From Bacteroidota bacterium (lineage in GTDB: Bacteria > Bacteroidota > Ignavibacteria > Kapaibacteriales > UBA2268), in assembly GCA_048267165.1 (NCBI GenBank), contig JBLWYD010000001.1, positions 73 to 64,072 of the forward strand: a stretch of DNA of 64,000 bases, written 5' to 3'. Position numbers and translations under genes: made by a program. Below the pieces are notes generated by a model. It made no database searches. It was given only the letters and a program-made list of their open reading frames with translations, and was not told the origin of the DNA. Each line of letters starts with the position of its first letter. Position 1 is the first letter of the stretch. Of the stretch, positions 8,606 to 18,070 are shown piece after piece.

Positions 8606-10522
8606 CTACTTCTTGTCTTCGTCGTCAACTACTGTGTAGTCAGCTTCTTCTACGTCTTCTTCAGCAGTTTCTTGAGCTTGCTCGCCTTGTGGCTCGCCAC
8701 TTGCCTCGCCACCCGGTGCATTGCCATCGCCGTACATATTTTGCGATGCTTCGCTCCATGCTTTGTTTAGCTCTTCCATAGCTGGTTTTAGATCAGCTTC
8801 ATTGTCTTTCAATGCAGTTTCAACTCTACTCTTAGCGCTTTCTATTTTCGAGATTTGCTCTTGAGATAATTTTTCTCCCAATTCGCTCATCTGCTTGTTA
8901 GTCGAAGCTACCAAAGCGTCTGCTTGGTTACGAGTATCAACCGCTTCTTTTTTGATTTTATCAGCTTCAGCGTTTAGCTCAGCATCTTTTTTCATTTTGT
9001 CGATTTCATCTTGAGATAACCCAGATGAAGATTCGATACGGATATTCTGCTCTTTGCCTGTGCCCTTGTCTTTCGCATATACTTGTAAGATACCGTTAGC
9101 GTCTATGTCGAACGTTACTTCTACTTGTGGTACGCCACGTTGTGCTGGTGGTATTCCGTCTAAGTGGAATTTACCTAGCGAACGGTTGTCCGCAGCCATC
9201 TTACGCTCACCTTGTAGTACGTGTACTTCTACTGATGGCTGGTTGTCAGCTGCAGTCGAGAATACTTCCGATTTCTTAGTCGGTATAGTCGTGTTCGAAG
9301 GTATCATAGGTGTTAATACACCACCTAATGTTTCGATACCCAAAGTTAGTGGAGTAACGTCTAGTAATAATACGTCCGTTACGTCTCCGCCCAATACACC
9401 ACCTTGGATAGCAGCACCGATTGCTACTACTTCATCAGGATTTACTCCTTTTGATGGTTCTTTACCGAAGAAATCTTTTACTAATTCTTGTATCTTAGGG
9501 ATACGTGTTGATCCACCTACTAAGATGATTTCATCTACTTCGTGATTAGATATTCCAGCATCTTTCACTGCTTGCTCGCATGGCTTCAATGTTCTTTGGA
9601 ACAAATCTTCGCATAAGCTTTCAAACTTCGAACGTGTCAAAGTTACATTTAAGTGTTTAGGGCCGTCTTGAGTAGCCGTGATGAATGGCAAGTTTACGTC
9701 AGTTTGCATTGAGCCAGATAGTTCTATCTTAGCTTTTTCGCCAGCTTCACGTAGTCTTTGCAATGCCATAGCATCGTCACGTAGGTCTATACCTTCTTGC
9801 TTTTTGAACTCATCAGCCAAAAAGTCGATTAATTTTCTATCGAAATTATCACCACCAAGGTGAGTATCACCATTAGTAGATTTTACTTCGAATACACCGT
9901 CGCCGATTTCTAGTATAGATACGTCAAACGTACCACCACCCAAATCGTAAACAGCTACTGTCATATTCTTGTGTTTCTTGTCTAATCCGTAAGCTAAAGC
10001 AGCAGCAGTCGGCTCGTTGATTATACGCTTAACTTTAAGTCCAGCTATTTCGCCGGCATCTTTTGTTGCTTGTCTTTGAGCATCATTGAAATAAGCAGGA
10101 ACTGTTATAACAGCTTCGTCAACTTTTTCGCCCAAATATTCTTCAGCAGTCTGCTTCATTTTTGTCAATATCATTGCTGATATTTCTGGTGCAGAATACT
10201 TCTTATCGTCAATTATTACTCTAGTAGAGTTACCATCGTCAGACGGTACTACTTTGTAAGGTACTAATTTCGCTTCTTCGCTAACTTCATCCAAACGGCT
10301 ACCCATAAATCTCTTGATAGAGTAGATAGTGTTATGAGGGTTAGTTACTGATTGTCTTTTGGCAGCTTGCCCAACTAGTCTATCACCGTTTTTAGTGAAT
10401 GCAACCATCGATGGTGTAGTTCTAGAACCCTCGGCATTAGTTATTACCTCTGGTGAACCGCCTTCCATTACTGAAACGCACGAGTTCGTTGTCCCTAAAT
10501 CTATTCCTATTATTTTTCCCAT
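8606..10522 (-). CDS. dnaK: molecular chaperone DnaK (Hsp70)
   Basis: Motifs [17 protein letters not shown] and a full-length Hsp70 pattern with an acidic C-terminal tail. Confidence 0.97.
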   Translation of the reverse strand: MGKIIGIDLGTTNSCVSVMEGGSPEVITNAEGSRTTPSMVAFTKNGDRLVGQAAKRQSVTNPHNTIYSIKRFMGSRLDEVSEEAKLVPYKVVPSDDGNSTRVIIDDKKYSAPEISAMILTKMKQTAEEYLGEKVDEAVITVPAYFNDAQRQATKDAGEIAGLKVKRIINEPTAAALAYGLDKKHKNMTVAVYDLGGGTFDVSILEIGDGVFEVKSTNGDTHLGGDNFDRKLIDFLADEFKKQEGIDLRDDAMALQRLREAGEKAKIELSGSMQTDVNLPFITATQDGPKHLNVTLTRSKFESLCEDLFQRTLKPCEQAVKDAGISNHEVDEIILVGGSTRIPKIQELVKDFFGKEPSKGVNPDEVVAIGAAIQGGVLGGDVTDVLLLDVTPLTLGIETLGGVLTPMIPSNTTIPTKKSEVFSTAADNQPSVEVHVLQGERKMAADNRSLGKFHLDGIPPAQRGVPQVEVTFDIDANGILQVYAKDKGTGKEQNIRIESSSGLSQDEIDKMKKDAELNAEADKIKKEAVDTRNQADALVASTNKQMSELGEKLSQEQISKIESAKSRVETALKDNEADLKPAMEELNKAWSEASQNMYGDGNAPGGEASGEPQGEQAQETAEEDVEEADYTVVDDEDKK

Positions 10523-10673
10523 TTTATTATCCTTTGGTTTTATTAAATTTCAATTTTTGTCGTAATGTCACATATTTCAGGACATATTGTCTTGATAAAC
10601 ATAATATATGTTCTGAAATGTATGGCAAAATATCTGTGCCAAGTTTTAATTCTTCTAATTATCGTTTATAATT

Positions 10674-10695
10674 CCCGCCCTATTTCTAGGGCAGG
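10674..10695 (-). terminator. hairpin downstream of the hsp20 pair (weak terminator candidate)
   Basis: CCCGCCCTA-TTTC-TAGGGCAGG pairs at 8 of 9 positions, and the T-tract on the minus strand is poor. Confidence 0.3.
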
Positions 10696-10719
10696 ATTAT
10701 TATTATCAACTAACAGTAT

Positions 10720-11172
10720 TTATTTGATGCTTACTTCTAGTTCCTTCGGTTTAGCTGGTTCTTTTTTCTCAAGAACTACTTTCAGCAAACCATCTTTGAA
10801 TTCGGCATCTATGCTTTCCGTATTCACATTATCGGGCAACACGAACGAGCGAGTGAACTCACCGAAACTACGCTCTACTCTTAAGTAAGTAGTGCCGTCT
10901 TTCTCGTCTTCGGTCTTCGATTCTCTGTTCTTAGTACCTTTTAGTACTAATACGTTTTCGTCGTTAATGCTTACCTTTATGTCTTCTTTTTTCACGCCCG
11001 GTATTTCCGCTTCTATAGTTATGTTCTTTTCGTCTTCTTGAACATCTACAGTAGGGTTGAATCCGTTACGTGAGTTGAACATAGCATCTGTGTCAAATTC
11101 ACTTAGTATGCTGTTCATTCTTCTGTTTAAAGTGTTCAGGTTTCTGAACGGTTCGAATTTTACTAAACTCAT
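10720..11172 (-). CDS. small heat-shock protein, Hsp20/alpha-crystallin family
   Basis: An alpha-crystallin domain pattern is present (PxVDVxEDEKNITIEAEIPGVKKEDIKVS ... FxRSFxLP ... AEFKDGLLKVVL). Confidence 0.9.
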   Translation of the reverse strand: MSLVKFEPFRNLNTLNRRMNSILSEFDTDAMFNSRNGFNPTVDVQEDEKNITIEAEIPGVKKEDIKVSINDENVLVLKGTKNRESKTEDEKDGTTYLRVERSFGEFTRSFVLPDNVNTESIDAEFKDGLLKVVLEKKEPAKPKELEVSIK

Positions 11173-11194
11173 TTTTAAAATCTCCTATGTTGTT

Positions 11195-11602
11195 TTATTT
11201 AATATTAATTGTTTTTGGTTTTAGCGTTTCTTTCTTGGGAATGCTAACTAGCAATAACCCATTTTTGAAATTTGCTTCTATTTTATCAGTTTCGTATTTC
11301 GTTGGGATGATGAATGATCTCTTATAGCTAACAGAATCGAATTCATTAATCATCATCTTTTCGTTTTCGTTTTTCACTATTTCTCTTTCACCGCTCACAG
11401 TCATCACATTTTCGTCATTAACTACTAACTTCATACTAGTCTTGTCAACTCCGGGTAACTCTATAATGAAGTTCAGCATATCATCTAAATCCGATACTCT
11501 CACTCTTGGTTTTACGTCATTTGTTCTTTCTGGACTCTCTACTCCCACTGGACTGAAAAATCTATCAAAATCAGTCACCGGCATTCTTCTTTGTACTAAC
11601 AT
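11195..11602 (-). CDS. small heat-shock protein, Hsp20 family (second, divergent paralogue)
   Basis: LPGVDKTSMKLVV ... YKRSFIIP ... ANFKNGLLLVSIPK. It lies 22 nt upstream of the other hsp20. Confidence 0.85.
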   Translation of the reverse strand: MLVQRRMPVTDFDRFFSPVGVESPERTNDVKPRVRVSDLDDMLNFIIELPGVDKTSMKLVVNDENVMTVSGEREIVKNENEKMMINEFDSVSYKRSFIIPTKYETDKIEANFKNGLLLVSIPKKETLKPKTINIK

Positions 11603-11913
11603 ATTATATCTCCGTTTGTATTTATTTTGTGTTTATTATTTATTTAGACTATTGTCAATGTTATAATATGCTATAATGGAAAAGTGTGCCAAAACCGTGT
11701 TACCAGACGATATGACAGACAAGCGACATAATGACTGTTCGTGTGGCAGATATTTTGTCAGAGTTTATTGGTGTTGGATTGTGGATGTGGCAGAGGTTGT
11801 GGCAGGGGGTAAATGTGTTCACTTACTAATTTATTTGAGATATATTTTTGTTTATACTGTAAACATTATTAGATTATAAATGTTTAATTTGAACAGATAA
11901 ATAAGAAAATATT

Positions 11914-12801
11914 ATGGTTAACATTTTAGAAAAGTATTTAAATAGAGTTATTCAAGGTGACTGTTTAGAAGTTATGCCCTATATCCCAGAAAAATCAATA
12001 GATATGATCCTTTGTGATTTACCTTATGGAACTACCCAAAATAAATGGGACTCCGTAATTGATTTAGATAAACTTTGGAAAGAGTACAAAAGAATTATCA
12101 AAGATAACGGAGCTATCGTTCTTACTTCTCAAGGAGTATTTACTGCCAAACTTATTTTGAGTAACGAACAAGATTTTAAATATAAAATTACTTGGATAAA
12201 ATCTAAATCTACAAATTTTCTTAACGCAAAAAAGCAACCATTACGTAAACATGAAGATATTTGCGTCTTCTATAAAAAACAACCTCAATATAATCCTCAG
12301 ATGTCGAATGGAGAGGCATATGATAAAGGGGTGAGAAAAGACCAATACACAGGGAGTTATGGCGAATTTAAACCACGACATGTTAAAAGTAACGGAAAAC
12401 GCTATCCTAATGATGTATTGTTCTATGATGAACAACAAATGGACGATTATGTTTATGTAAAAACAGCAGAATCAGAAGGAACAGTTTATCACCCTACTCA
12501 AAAACCTATTGAATTAGGAAGATATTTAATACGCACATTTTCAAAGCCTGGAGATGTCATTCTTGATAACGCTTGTGGTAGTGGTAGCTTCTTACTTTCA
12601 GCGATGTTAGAGAATAGAAATTTTATAGGGATTGAGAAAAATGAAGATGTTTTACTACACAAAGTAGAGCCTGTTGATTATATCAAAGTTTGTACTGATA
12701 GAATTGAAGAAGTTCTAAAATCTAAAGATATTAATATTGCAACACAACAACTTTTTAAAGAACCAATTACAGAATACCATACATTGAATTATGAAATTTA
12801 A
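11914..12801 (+). CDS. beta-class amino DNA methyltransferase (N6-adenine or N4-cytosine)
   Basis: Motif IV-like ILCDLPYG precedes motif I-like FSKPGDVILDNACGSGSF, which is the beta-class permutation. Confidence 0.85.
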   Translation: MVNILEKYLNRVIQGDCLEVMPYIPEKSIDMILCDLPYGTTQNKWDSVIDLDKLWKEYKRIIKDNGAIVLTSQGVFTAKLILSNEQDFKYKITWIKSKSTNFLNAKKQPLRKHEDICVFYKKQPQYNPQMSNGEAYDKGVRKDQYTGSYGEFKPRHVKSNGKRYPNDVLFYDEQQMDDYVYVKTAESEGTVYHPTQKPIELGRYLIRTFSKPGDVILDNACGSGSFLLSAMLENRNFIGIEKNEDVLLHKVEPVDYIKVCTDRIEEVLKSKDINIATQQLFKEPITEYHTLNYEI

Positions 12802-15685
12802 CGAAAGAGCTTGGGCAGGTCAAATTATAAGTTGGATAAAACTCGCAATTTCTGACGGCACTACTATATTTCAAGACGCGACTAATGATGAAGGTTTAAA
12901 ATTAGCATCGGGAAGAACCAAGTTTCCTGATGTCCTCCTGTTTATTGATAAAATATCAGGCGTTGTTTTCAATGGTTGGGAATTGAAGTTTCCCGATACC
13001 GAAGCAGATAACACAGAAATGTTAGAAAATGCATTGGAAAAAGCTGAAAGACTGCAATCAGATTCTTTTGTCACATGGAATGGCACAGAAGCAATTATTT
13101 GGAAAATAAAGGATGATGATTATTCGCTTTCTGGATTGGAAAAAATAAAAGTTTACGCTAAAGAAAATGATATCAAAAATAGAAATGATTTAGCTGATAA
13201 AAACAATTATAATAAACATGAGGCGAAACTTCATGATAGGCTTAACGAAATTTTACACGATTTAGGGCAACTTTACTTAAGTGGTCAGCTAAAAAAAGCT
13301 ATAAACATTTCATCAAACATTGTTGAAGCAGTTACACAAACCGCTTTTCATTTTATTCCGCAATTAAAAAATGAAATAAACATACTGAAAGGAGTTGACA
13401 ACGATTTCAGAAGAGAGTTCAATCAATGGAAAATTATTGAGAGTAGTACACTTAAAATACTTTCTACCTCATCGAGACGCGTTGTTAATATAGGACCCGA
13501 AGAAATACTCGCTAAGTTTAGTTACTACAAGCTAATAGGGAAAATTCTATTCTACCTTACGCTTTCAGAAAATTTGTCGGAGAAAGTTTCCAAATTGGAA
13601 TTGAAGAATAATAAACAGGTACAAAAGCAATTAAATCACTTTTTTAATCAAGCAAAGAAAATAGATTATCAAGCCGTTTTTGGAAATGATTTTACTGATA
13701 AAATCTTATTTAATGATACCATAGACGAGTATTTATTTAAACTTATTGCAGTTTTTAACGAATTTGATTTCAAAATTTTGCCAACTGAAGTTATAGGAAA
13801 CATTTTAGAAAATTTAGTTCCACAAGAAGAAAAACAAAAATTCGGTCAGTACTTTACTCCAGAAACTTTGGCAAATCTTGTTACATTCTCTGCAATTAGA
13901 ACTATAAATGACATTGTAATTGACCCAACTTCGGGAACTGGAACATTTTTAAATTCCTTCTATAAAACCTTGCAATTTTTCGGTAATAATAACCATCAAC
14001 AAATCCTGAATCAGGTTTGGGGCAATGACATTTCGCATTTTCCTGCAACACTATCAGTAATTAACTTATACAAACAAAAAGTTAATGATACAGCAAATTT
14101 TCCGCGTGTAATCCGTAAAGATTTTTTCACTTTAAACCCAAAACAAACAATCTCAATTCCTGACAACAAGGATATTGATAAATTCAATCAAATTCCGATA
14201 CCGAAATTTGATGCTATCATTTCAAATTTCCCTTTTATACAACAGGAAGATATTCCGAATGAAATTTTAAATGCACAGTTTGAGAGTGAGTTTTCCAAAA
14301 CACAGGCTGCATTTCTTAAAGGGAAGAAATTTGAAATCAATGGAAAAAGCGATTATTATATATATTGCTTTTACAATTCGTTGAAATTCTTGAAAGACAA
14401 TGGTATGTTATCCGCAATAACATCAAACGCTTGGTTGGGTAAGAATTATGGCTTACAGTTTAAAAAGTTTCTATTGAATAATTTTCATATTAAATACATT
14501 GTGAAAAGCAATGCCGAGCATTGGTTTAAAGATTCAAAAGTCAGTACCATTTACATAACACTTGAAAAATCGGCAAGCAAAGAGCCTACAAAGTTTATAA
14601 CGGTTAATAAAAAATTAGAGCAACTATTTATTGGTAAATCGCTTCAAGAATTCGAAGACTTTTATACCGAGGTTGATAATTGCAACTATCCTCAAAATAA
14701 AAATTGGAAAGAGGACACCCAATTTAGAAATGTTTATCATAAAGCAGACGGTTCTATAACTGTAAGTTTTGTTGAGCAATCGAACTTGGTGAATTCTCTT
14801 GCTTCGCAAGAAAATTGGGCAACATATTTTGTCAATCAAAACCCGTTAAGCATTTTTGAAAAGAAACTAATAAATCCTTATCGGAGTATTTATGATACAG
14901 GAAGGGGAACACGTACAAGTTGGGATAAGATGCACATTATTTCTAATGATGAAAACAACGTTTTGAAAATCGAAAAAGAATTTCTATTACCCATTTTGAA
15001 ATCAAGTCGGGAGTTAGAAACCATTGCTCACAGAAACAAACCCAAATACAATCTTTTCATTTGCAGTAGGGATGCAAACACACTAAAGAAAAAATTTCCG
15101 AACGCATACAAGCACATCAAGAAATTTGAAACAACAACTAACAAAACAGGCATTGCATTACCCGAAGTTTTAAAAGTGAGAAAGCCATTTTGGTATTCAC
15201 TTGTACCAGAAGAATCAGCAAATATTTTTATTTCTATTAATCCTAGCAAGCGATTATTCTTTTCCTATAACAAATCGCCTTTGTATCTCAATCAAAGATT
15301 GGTTGCCATTCGTGTAAAAAAGAAAGATGTTGAGATTGTTTCTGCATTACTCAATTCAATCGTTTCGTTATTGATTGTTGAACTAAATGGGGTTTCAAGA
15401 AATTTGGGAGTTTTAGATTTAAATGCTGATTTCTTTAAAACTAAGATGAAAATACTTGATCTAAGCTTACTCTCAAATCAACAAAAAGCAAATATTCTTA
15501 AAAAATATAAGCCCCTATGTAACCGGGTAATAAAGGATTTTGAATTCGATTGTCAGCAACAAGACAGAATTTCATTTGATGAAGAAGTATTAAAATCTTT
15601 CGGTTTCAGTAAACATATTCTACCACCATTGTATTCGCTTTTAACCGAAACAATTCGTAATAGAGTAGAAATGAAGGACAGATAA
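12791..15685 (+). CDS. Type IIG restriction enzyme / gamma-class N6-adenine methyltransferase fusion (Eco57I-like architecture)
   Basis: The N-terminus carries a PD-ExK candidate, FPDVLLFID...GWELKFPD. QYFTPETLANLV + IDPTSGTGTFL serves as motif X/I, and AIISNFPFIQQ is an NPPY-like motif IV. The protein is 964 aa and overlaps the upstream methyltransferase by 11 nt. Confidence 0.8.
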   Translation: MKFNERAWAGQIISWIKLAISDGTTIFQDATNDEGLKLASGRTKFPDVLLFIDKISGVVFNGWELKFPDTEADNTEMLENALEKAERLQSDSFVTWNGTEAIIWKIKDDDYSLSGLEKIKVYAKENDIKNRNDLADKNNYNKHEAKLHDRLNEILHDLGQLYLSGQLKKAINISSNIVEAVTQTAFHFIPQLKNEINILKGVDNDFRREFNQWKIIESSTLKILSTSSRRVVNIGPEEILAKFSYYKLIGKILFYLTLSENLSEKVSKLELKNNKQVQKQLNHFFNQAKKIDYQAVFGNDFTDKILFNDTIDEYLFKLIAVFNEFDFKILPTEVIGNILENLVPQEEKQKFGQYFTPETLANLVTFSAIRTINDIVIDPTSGTGTFLNSFYKTLQFFGNNNHQQILNQVWGNDISHFPATLSVINLYKQKVNDTANFPRVIRKDFFTLNPKQTISIPDNKDIDKFNQIPIPKFDAIISNFPFIQQEDIPNEILNAQFESEFSKTQAAFLKGKKFEINGKSDYYIYCFYNSLKFLKDNGMLSAITSNAWLGKNYGLQFKKFLLNNFHIKYIVKSNAEHWFKDSKVSTIYITLEKSASKEPTKFITVNKKLEQLFIGKSLQEFEDFYTEVDNCNYPQNKNWKEDTQFRNVYHKADGSITVSFVEQSNLVNSLASQENWATYFVNQNPLSIFEKKLINPYRSIYDTGRGTRTSWDKMHIISNDENNVLKIEKEFLLPILKSSRELETIAHRNKPKYNLFICSRDANTLKKKFPNAYKHIKKFETTTNKTGIALPEVLKVRKPFWYSLVPEESANIFISINPSKRLFFSYNKSPLYLNQRLVAIRVKKKDVEIVSALLNSIVSLLIVELNGVSRNLGVLDLNADFFKTKMKILDLSLLSNQQKANILKKYKPLCNRVIKDFEFDCQQQDRISFDEEVLKSFGFSKHILPPLYSLLTETIRNRVEMKDR

Positions 15686-15803
15686 ATTTACATCCATACA
15701 TTCCACATCTTTTTTTTACTAATTAACCCCTTTGTATTCCGTAGAATTAATGATATTCTTATATTGCATCTCTTAAACATTAAACAATCAAATAAAACAC
15801 GAA

Positions 15804-17267
15804 ATGGAAAAAATCAAAGTAACATTAGCCAAGGGCGACGGAATTGGATTAGAAATCACTGATGCGGTAATAGACATACTAGAAGCTGCAGGCGCACCAC
15901 TAGAATACGAAGAAATCAGCGTAGGCGAGAAAGTCTATCTAGATGGAATAAAAACGGGTATTCCCGAAGAAGCGTGGGACATAATCACTCGCAACGGTGC
16001 ATTCCTCAAAGGGCCTATCACTACTCCTCAGGGTGGTGGTTACAAAAGTTTGAACGTGACTATCAGAAAGTCATTGGGGTTATTTGCTAACGTACGTCCA
16101 GTAAAGGCGTATCACCCTTATATCAAAACTCACTTTCCGGGTATGGATATAGTAGTTGTGCGTGAGAATGAGGAAGATCTTTACGCTGGTATCGAACATC
16201 AGCAAACGCCAGAAGTAGTACAAGCACTAAAGCTAATCTCAAGACCGGGCTCGGAAAAGATAATCCGCTATGCCTTCGAATACGCTAAGGCACACGGCAG
16301 AAAGAAAGTTACTTGTATGACCAAAGACAATATAATGAAGCACGCCGATGGTTTGTTTCACCAAGTGTTCAATGAAGTTAGAGTAGATTATCCTGAAATA
16401 GAATCTGAACATTACATTATTGACATCGGGACTGCAAGAGTAGCGAACGACCCGAATAGATTCGACGTTATAGTAACTCTGAACCTATACGGTGATATAA
16501 TCTCAGACGTAACGGCTGAAATAGCTGGTTCAGTGGGGCTAGGTGGCTCGTCTAATGTAGGTGAAAACGTAGCAATGTTCGAGGCGATACACGGCTCGGC
16601 ACCAGACATAGCAGGCAAAGACATAGCGAACCCTAGTGGATTGCTTAACGGCGCTTGTATGATGCTAGTACACCTAAACCTAGGTGAGTACGCTTACAAG
16701 ATTCAAAATGCACTATTCAAAACTATAGAAGACGGTATCCACACTGGCGATATGAAGAGCGAGCACACTCGTGACTTAGTAGGAACTAAGGCATTCGCTC
16801 ACGCGGTAATAGCTAGATTGGGGCAAAAGCCAGAACACCTAACTATACCACAACCAACTAACCACCAAATAATAATCCCGGGTTGTAATATCCGCCGAGT
16901 ACCTAAAACATTGGTAGGTGTAGATGTGTTCATAGACTGGGTCGCGCTAGGCAGAGACCCGCACGAATTAGCAAAAGAGCTGCAGCCACTAGCACCAAAC
17001 GGAACAATGCTAAAGACTATCTCGAACAGAGGAATAGCTGTATGGCCGGGCAAAGAGCGAGATATATTCTGCTCTGACCACTGGTATTGCCGATTCGTAA
17101 GCGAGCAGTATGAAGCAACTGAAGGACAAGCAGAGTTCAGCTATGAGGCAATAGTAGAACTACTAGGCAACTTCAACAAAGCTGGCTTCAACTTCATCAA
17201 GATAGAGAATCTATATACTTTCGAAGGGAAGCGTGGTTACTCGCTATCACAAGGCGAGACTAGTTAG
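15804..17267 (+). CDS. icd: isocitrate dehydrogenase (~480-aa form with C-terminal extension)
   Basis: It shows the isocitrate/isopropylmalate dehydrogenase family pattern (LAKGDGIGLEI, SLNVTIRKSLGLFANVRP, NLYGDIISD, GSAPDIAGK). Confidence 0.85.
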   Translation: MEKIKVTLAKGDGIGLEITDAVIDILEAAGAPLEYEEISVGEKVYLDGIKTGIPEEAWDIITRNGAFLKGPITTPQGGGYKSLNVTIRKSLGLFANVRPVKAYHPYIKTHFPGMDIVVVRENEEDLYAGIEHQQTPEVVQALKLISRPGSEKIIRYAFEYAKAHGRKKVTCMTKDNIMKHADGLFHQVFNEVRVDYPEIESEHYIIDIGTARVANDPNRFDVIVTLNLYGDIISDVTAEIAGSVGLGGSSNVGENVAMFEAIHGSAPDIAGKDIANPSGLLNGACMMLVHLNLGEYAYKIQNALFKTIEDGIHTGDMKSEHTRDLVGTKAFAHAVIARLGQKPEHLTIPQPTNHQIIIPGCNIRRVPKTLVGVDVFIDWVALGRDPHELAKELQPLAPNGTMLKTISNRGIAVWPGKERDIFCSDHWYCRFVSEQYEATEGQAEFSYEAIVELLGNFNKAGFNFIKIENLYTFEGKRGYSLSQGETS

Positions 17268-17296
17268 GCTTTTGGTATAAAGGTAGAATTTTATAA

Positions 17297-17329
17297 AATC
17301 CTTCGCTGTTGTGGTGAGGGATTTTTTTT
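17297..17329 (+). terminator. Rho-independent terminator of icd
   Basis: Stem AATCCTTC / GAGGGATT (one G-U pair) is followed by 8 T. Confidence 0.7.
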
Positions 17330-17333
17330 GTAT
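17304..17333 (+). repeat. left copy of the 30-bp direct repeat bracketing the Type II R-M cassette
   Basis: CGCTGTTGTGGTGAGGGATTTTTTTTGTAT matches 19369-19398 at 28 of 30 positions. Confidence 0.85.
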
Positions 17334-17335
17334 AT

Positions 17336-18070
17336 TTGAAAAATGATATTGAGATAAAGATGACAGAAAAAAAGAAACTAGAGATGATTACTGAATATTT
17401 CAAAGAGAACATATTCGAATCACATATTTACAACTCAACTAAAAAGCATTCAAAACTAAAATCTTATAGTATTAATCCAATTGTAGTTAAATATCTTTCT
17501 AAGGTGCTTGAAGATGATTTCACACCTATTGGAATAGCAAAAGCATTGTATTTACCTAGAGTCCTTGGCACATCAATTAACACAACTTTCGGAACAATAA
17601 TACAGAAAATGTTCATTGAGTTAAATCTTGCAAAGCCTTCAATTGTTCAAGGTATGGATATTGAGTTTATTGATAAAATAGATGGACGAAATAAGTGGTG
17701 TCAACTAAAGTCAGGGCCAAATACGATAAATTCAGGTGATGTAAAACCACTTATTTCTAAATTTAATAGCGTAGCGAATCTCGCTCGTACCAACGCTATG
17801 TCTCTGAATAATACAGATTTAGTTCTTGGTGTTCTATACGGTGAAGCGGAACAACTAAGCCAACATTACAAGAAAATAGACGAAGTATTCCCAGTTTATA
17901 TAGGGAAAGAGTTTTGGTATAGATTAACAGGTCACCCCGATTTCTATTCCAAGTTAGTCAAATCATTAGATGTAATGATTCTTACTTTAGATACGAAGGA
18001 CTTCTACGAGAAAGGCTACACAGCACTTGCTGAAGAAATAAGAGCTTCAGATTTATTCGATTTTGCATAA
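17336..18070 (+). CDS. putative Type II restriction endonuclease (partner of the adjacent C5 methyltransferase); likely start is the ATG at 17360
   Basis: It is convergent with and overlaps a C5-MTase. A PD-(D/E)xK candidate is present: DIEFIDKIDGRNKWCQLKSG. I recognise no other family. Confidence 0.55.
   Translation: MKNDIEIKMTEKKKLEMITEYFKENIFESHIYNSTKKHSKLKSYSINPIVVKYLSKVLEDDFTPIGIAKALYLPRVLGTSINTTFGTIIQKMFIELNLAKPSIVQGMDIEFIDKIDGRNKWCQLKSGPNTINSGDVKPLISKFNSVANLARTNAMSLNNTDLVLGVLYGEAEQLSQHYKKIDEVFPVYIGKEFWYRLTGHPDFYSKLVKSLDVMILTLDTKDFYEKGYTALAEEIRASDLFDFA

Noticed and set aside
8596-10671. Plus-strand ORFs run antisense to or overlap dnaK and its upstream region (8596-8781, 9054-9545, 9678-9863, 10359-10565, 10453-10671).
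   Set aside because: They lie within or against the strongly supported dnaK frame and have low-complexity or hydrophobic nonsense composition, as is typical of shadow ORFs.
11676-11879. A 67-aa ORF lies in the hsp20 / methyltransferase intergenic region.
   Set aside because: Its product is Cys/Trp/Val-rich and odd in composition, it overlaps the TGTGGCAG repeats, and it has no family resemblance. It is more likely regulatory DNA.
10523-11913. I looked for a CIRCE/HrcA-type inverted repeat (TTAGCACTC-N9-GAGTGCTAA) near dnaK and hsp20.
   Set aside because: I found no such sequence by eye in either upstream region. I report only the TGTGGCAG triplet, at low interest.
11603-15803. I considered inverted repeats bracketing the Type IIG cassette (GGATGTGG..GTAAAT near 11785-11815 against ATTTACATCCATACATTCCACATC at 15686-15710).
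   Set aside because: The similarity is short, gapped and AT/GT-biased. I could not convince myself by eye that it exceeds chance, so it needs a formal alignment.
15804-17267. I considered icd as part of the mobile or defence island.
   Set aside because: It is a full-length core metabolic gene with core-like GC and its own terminator. The accessory cassettes appear to have been inserted around it.
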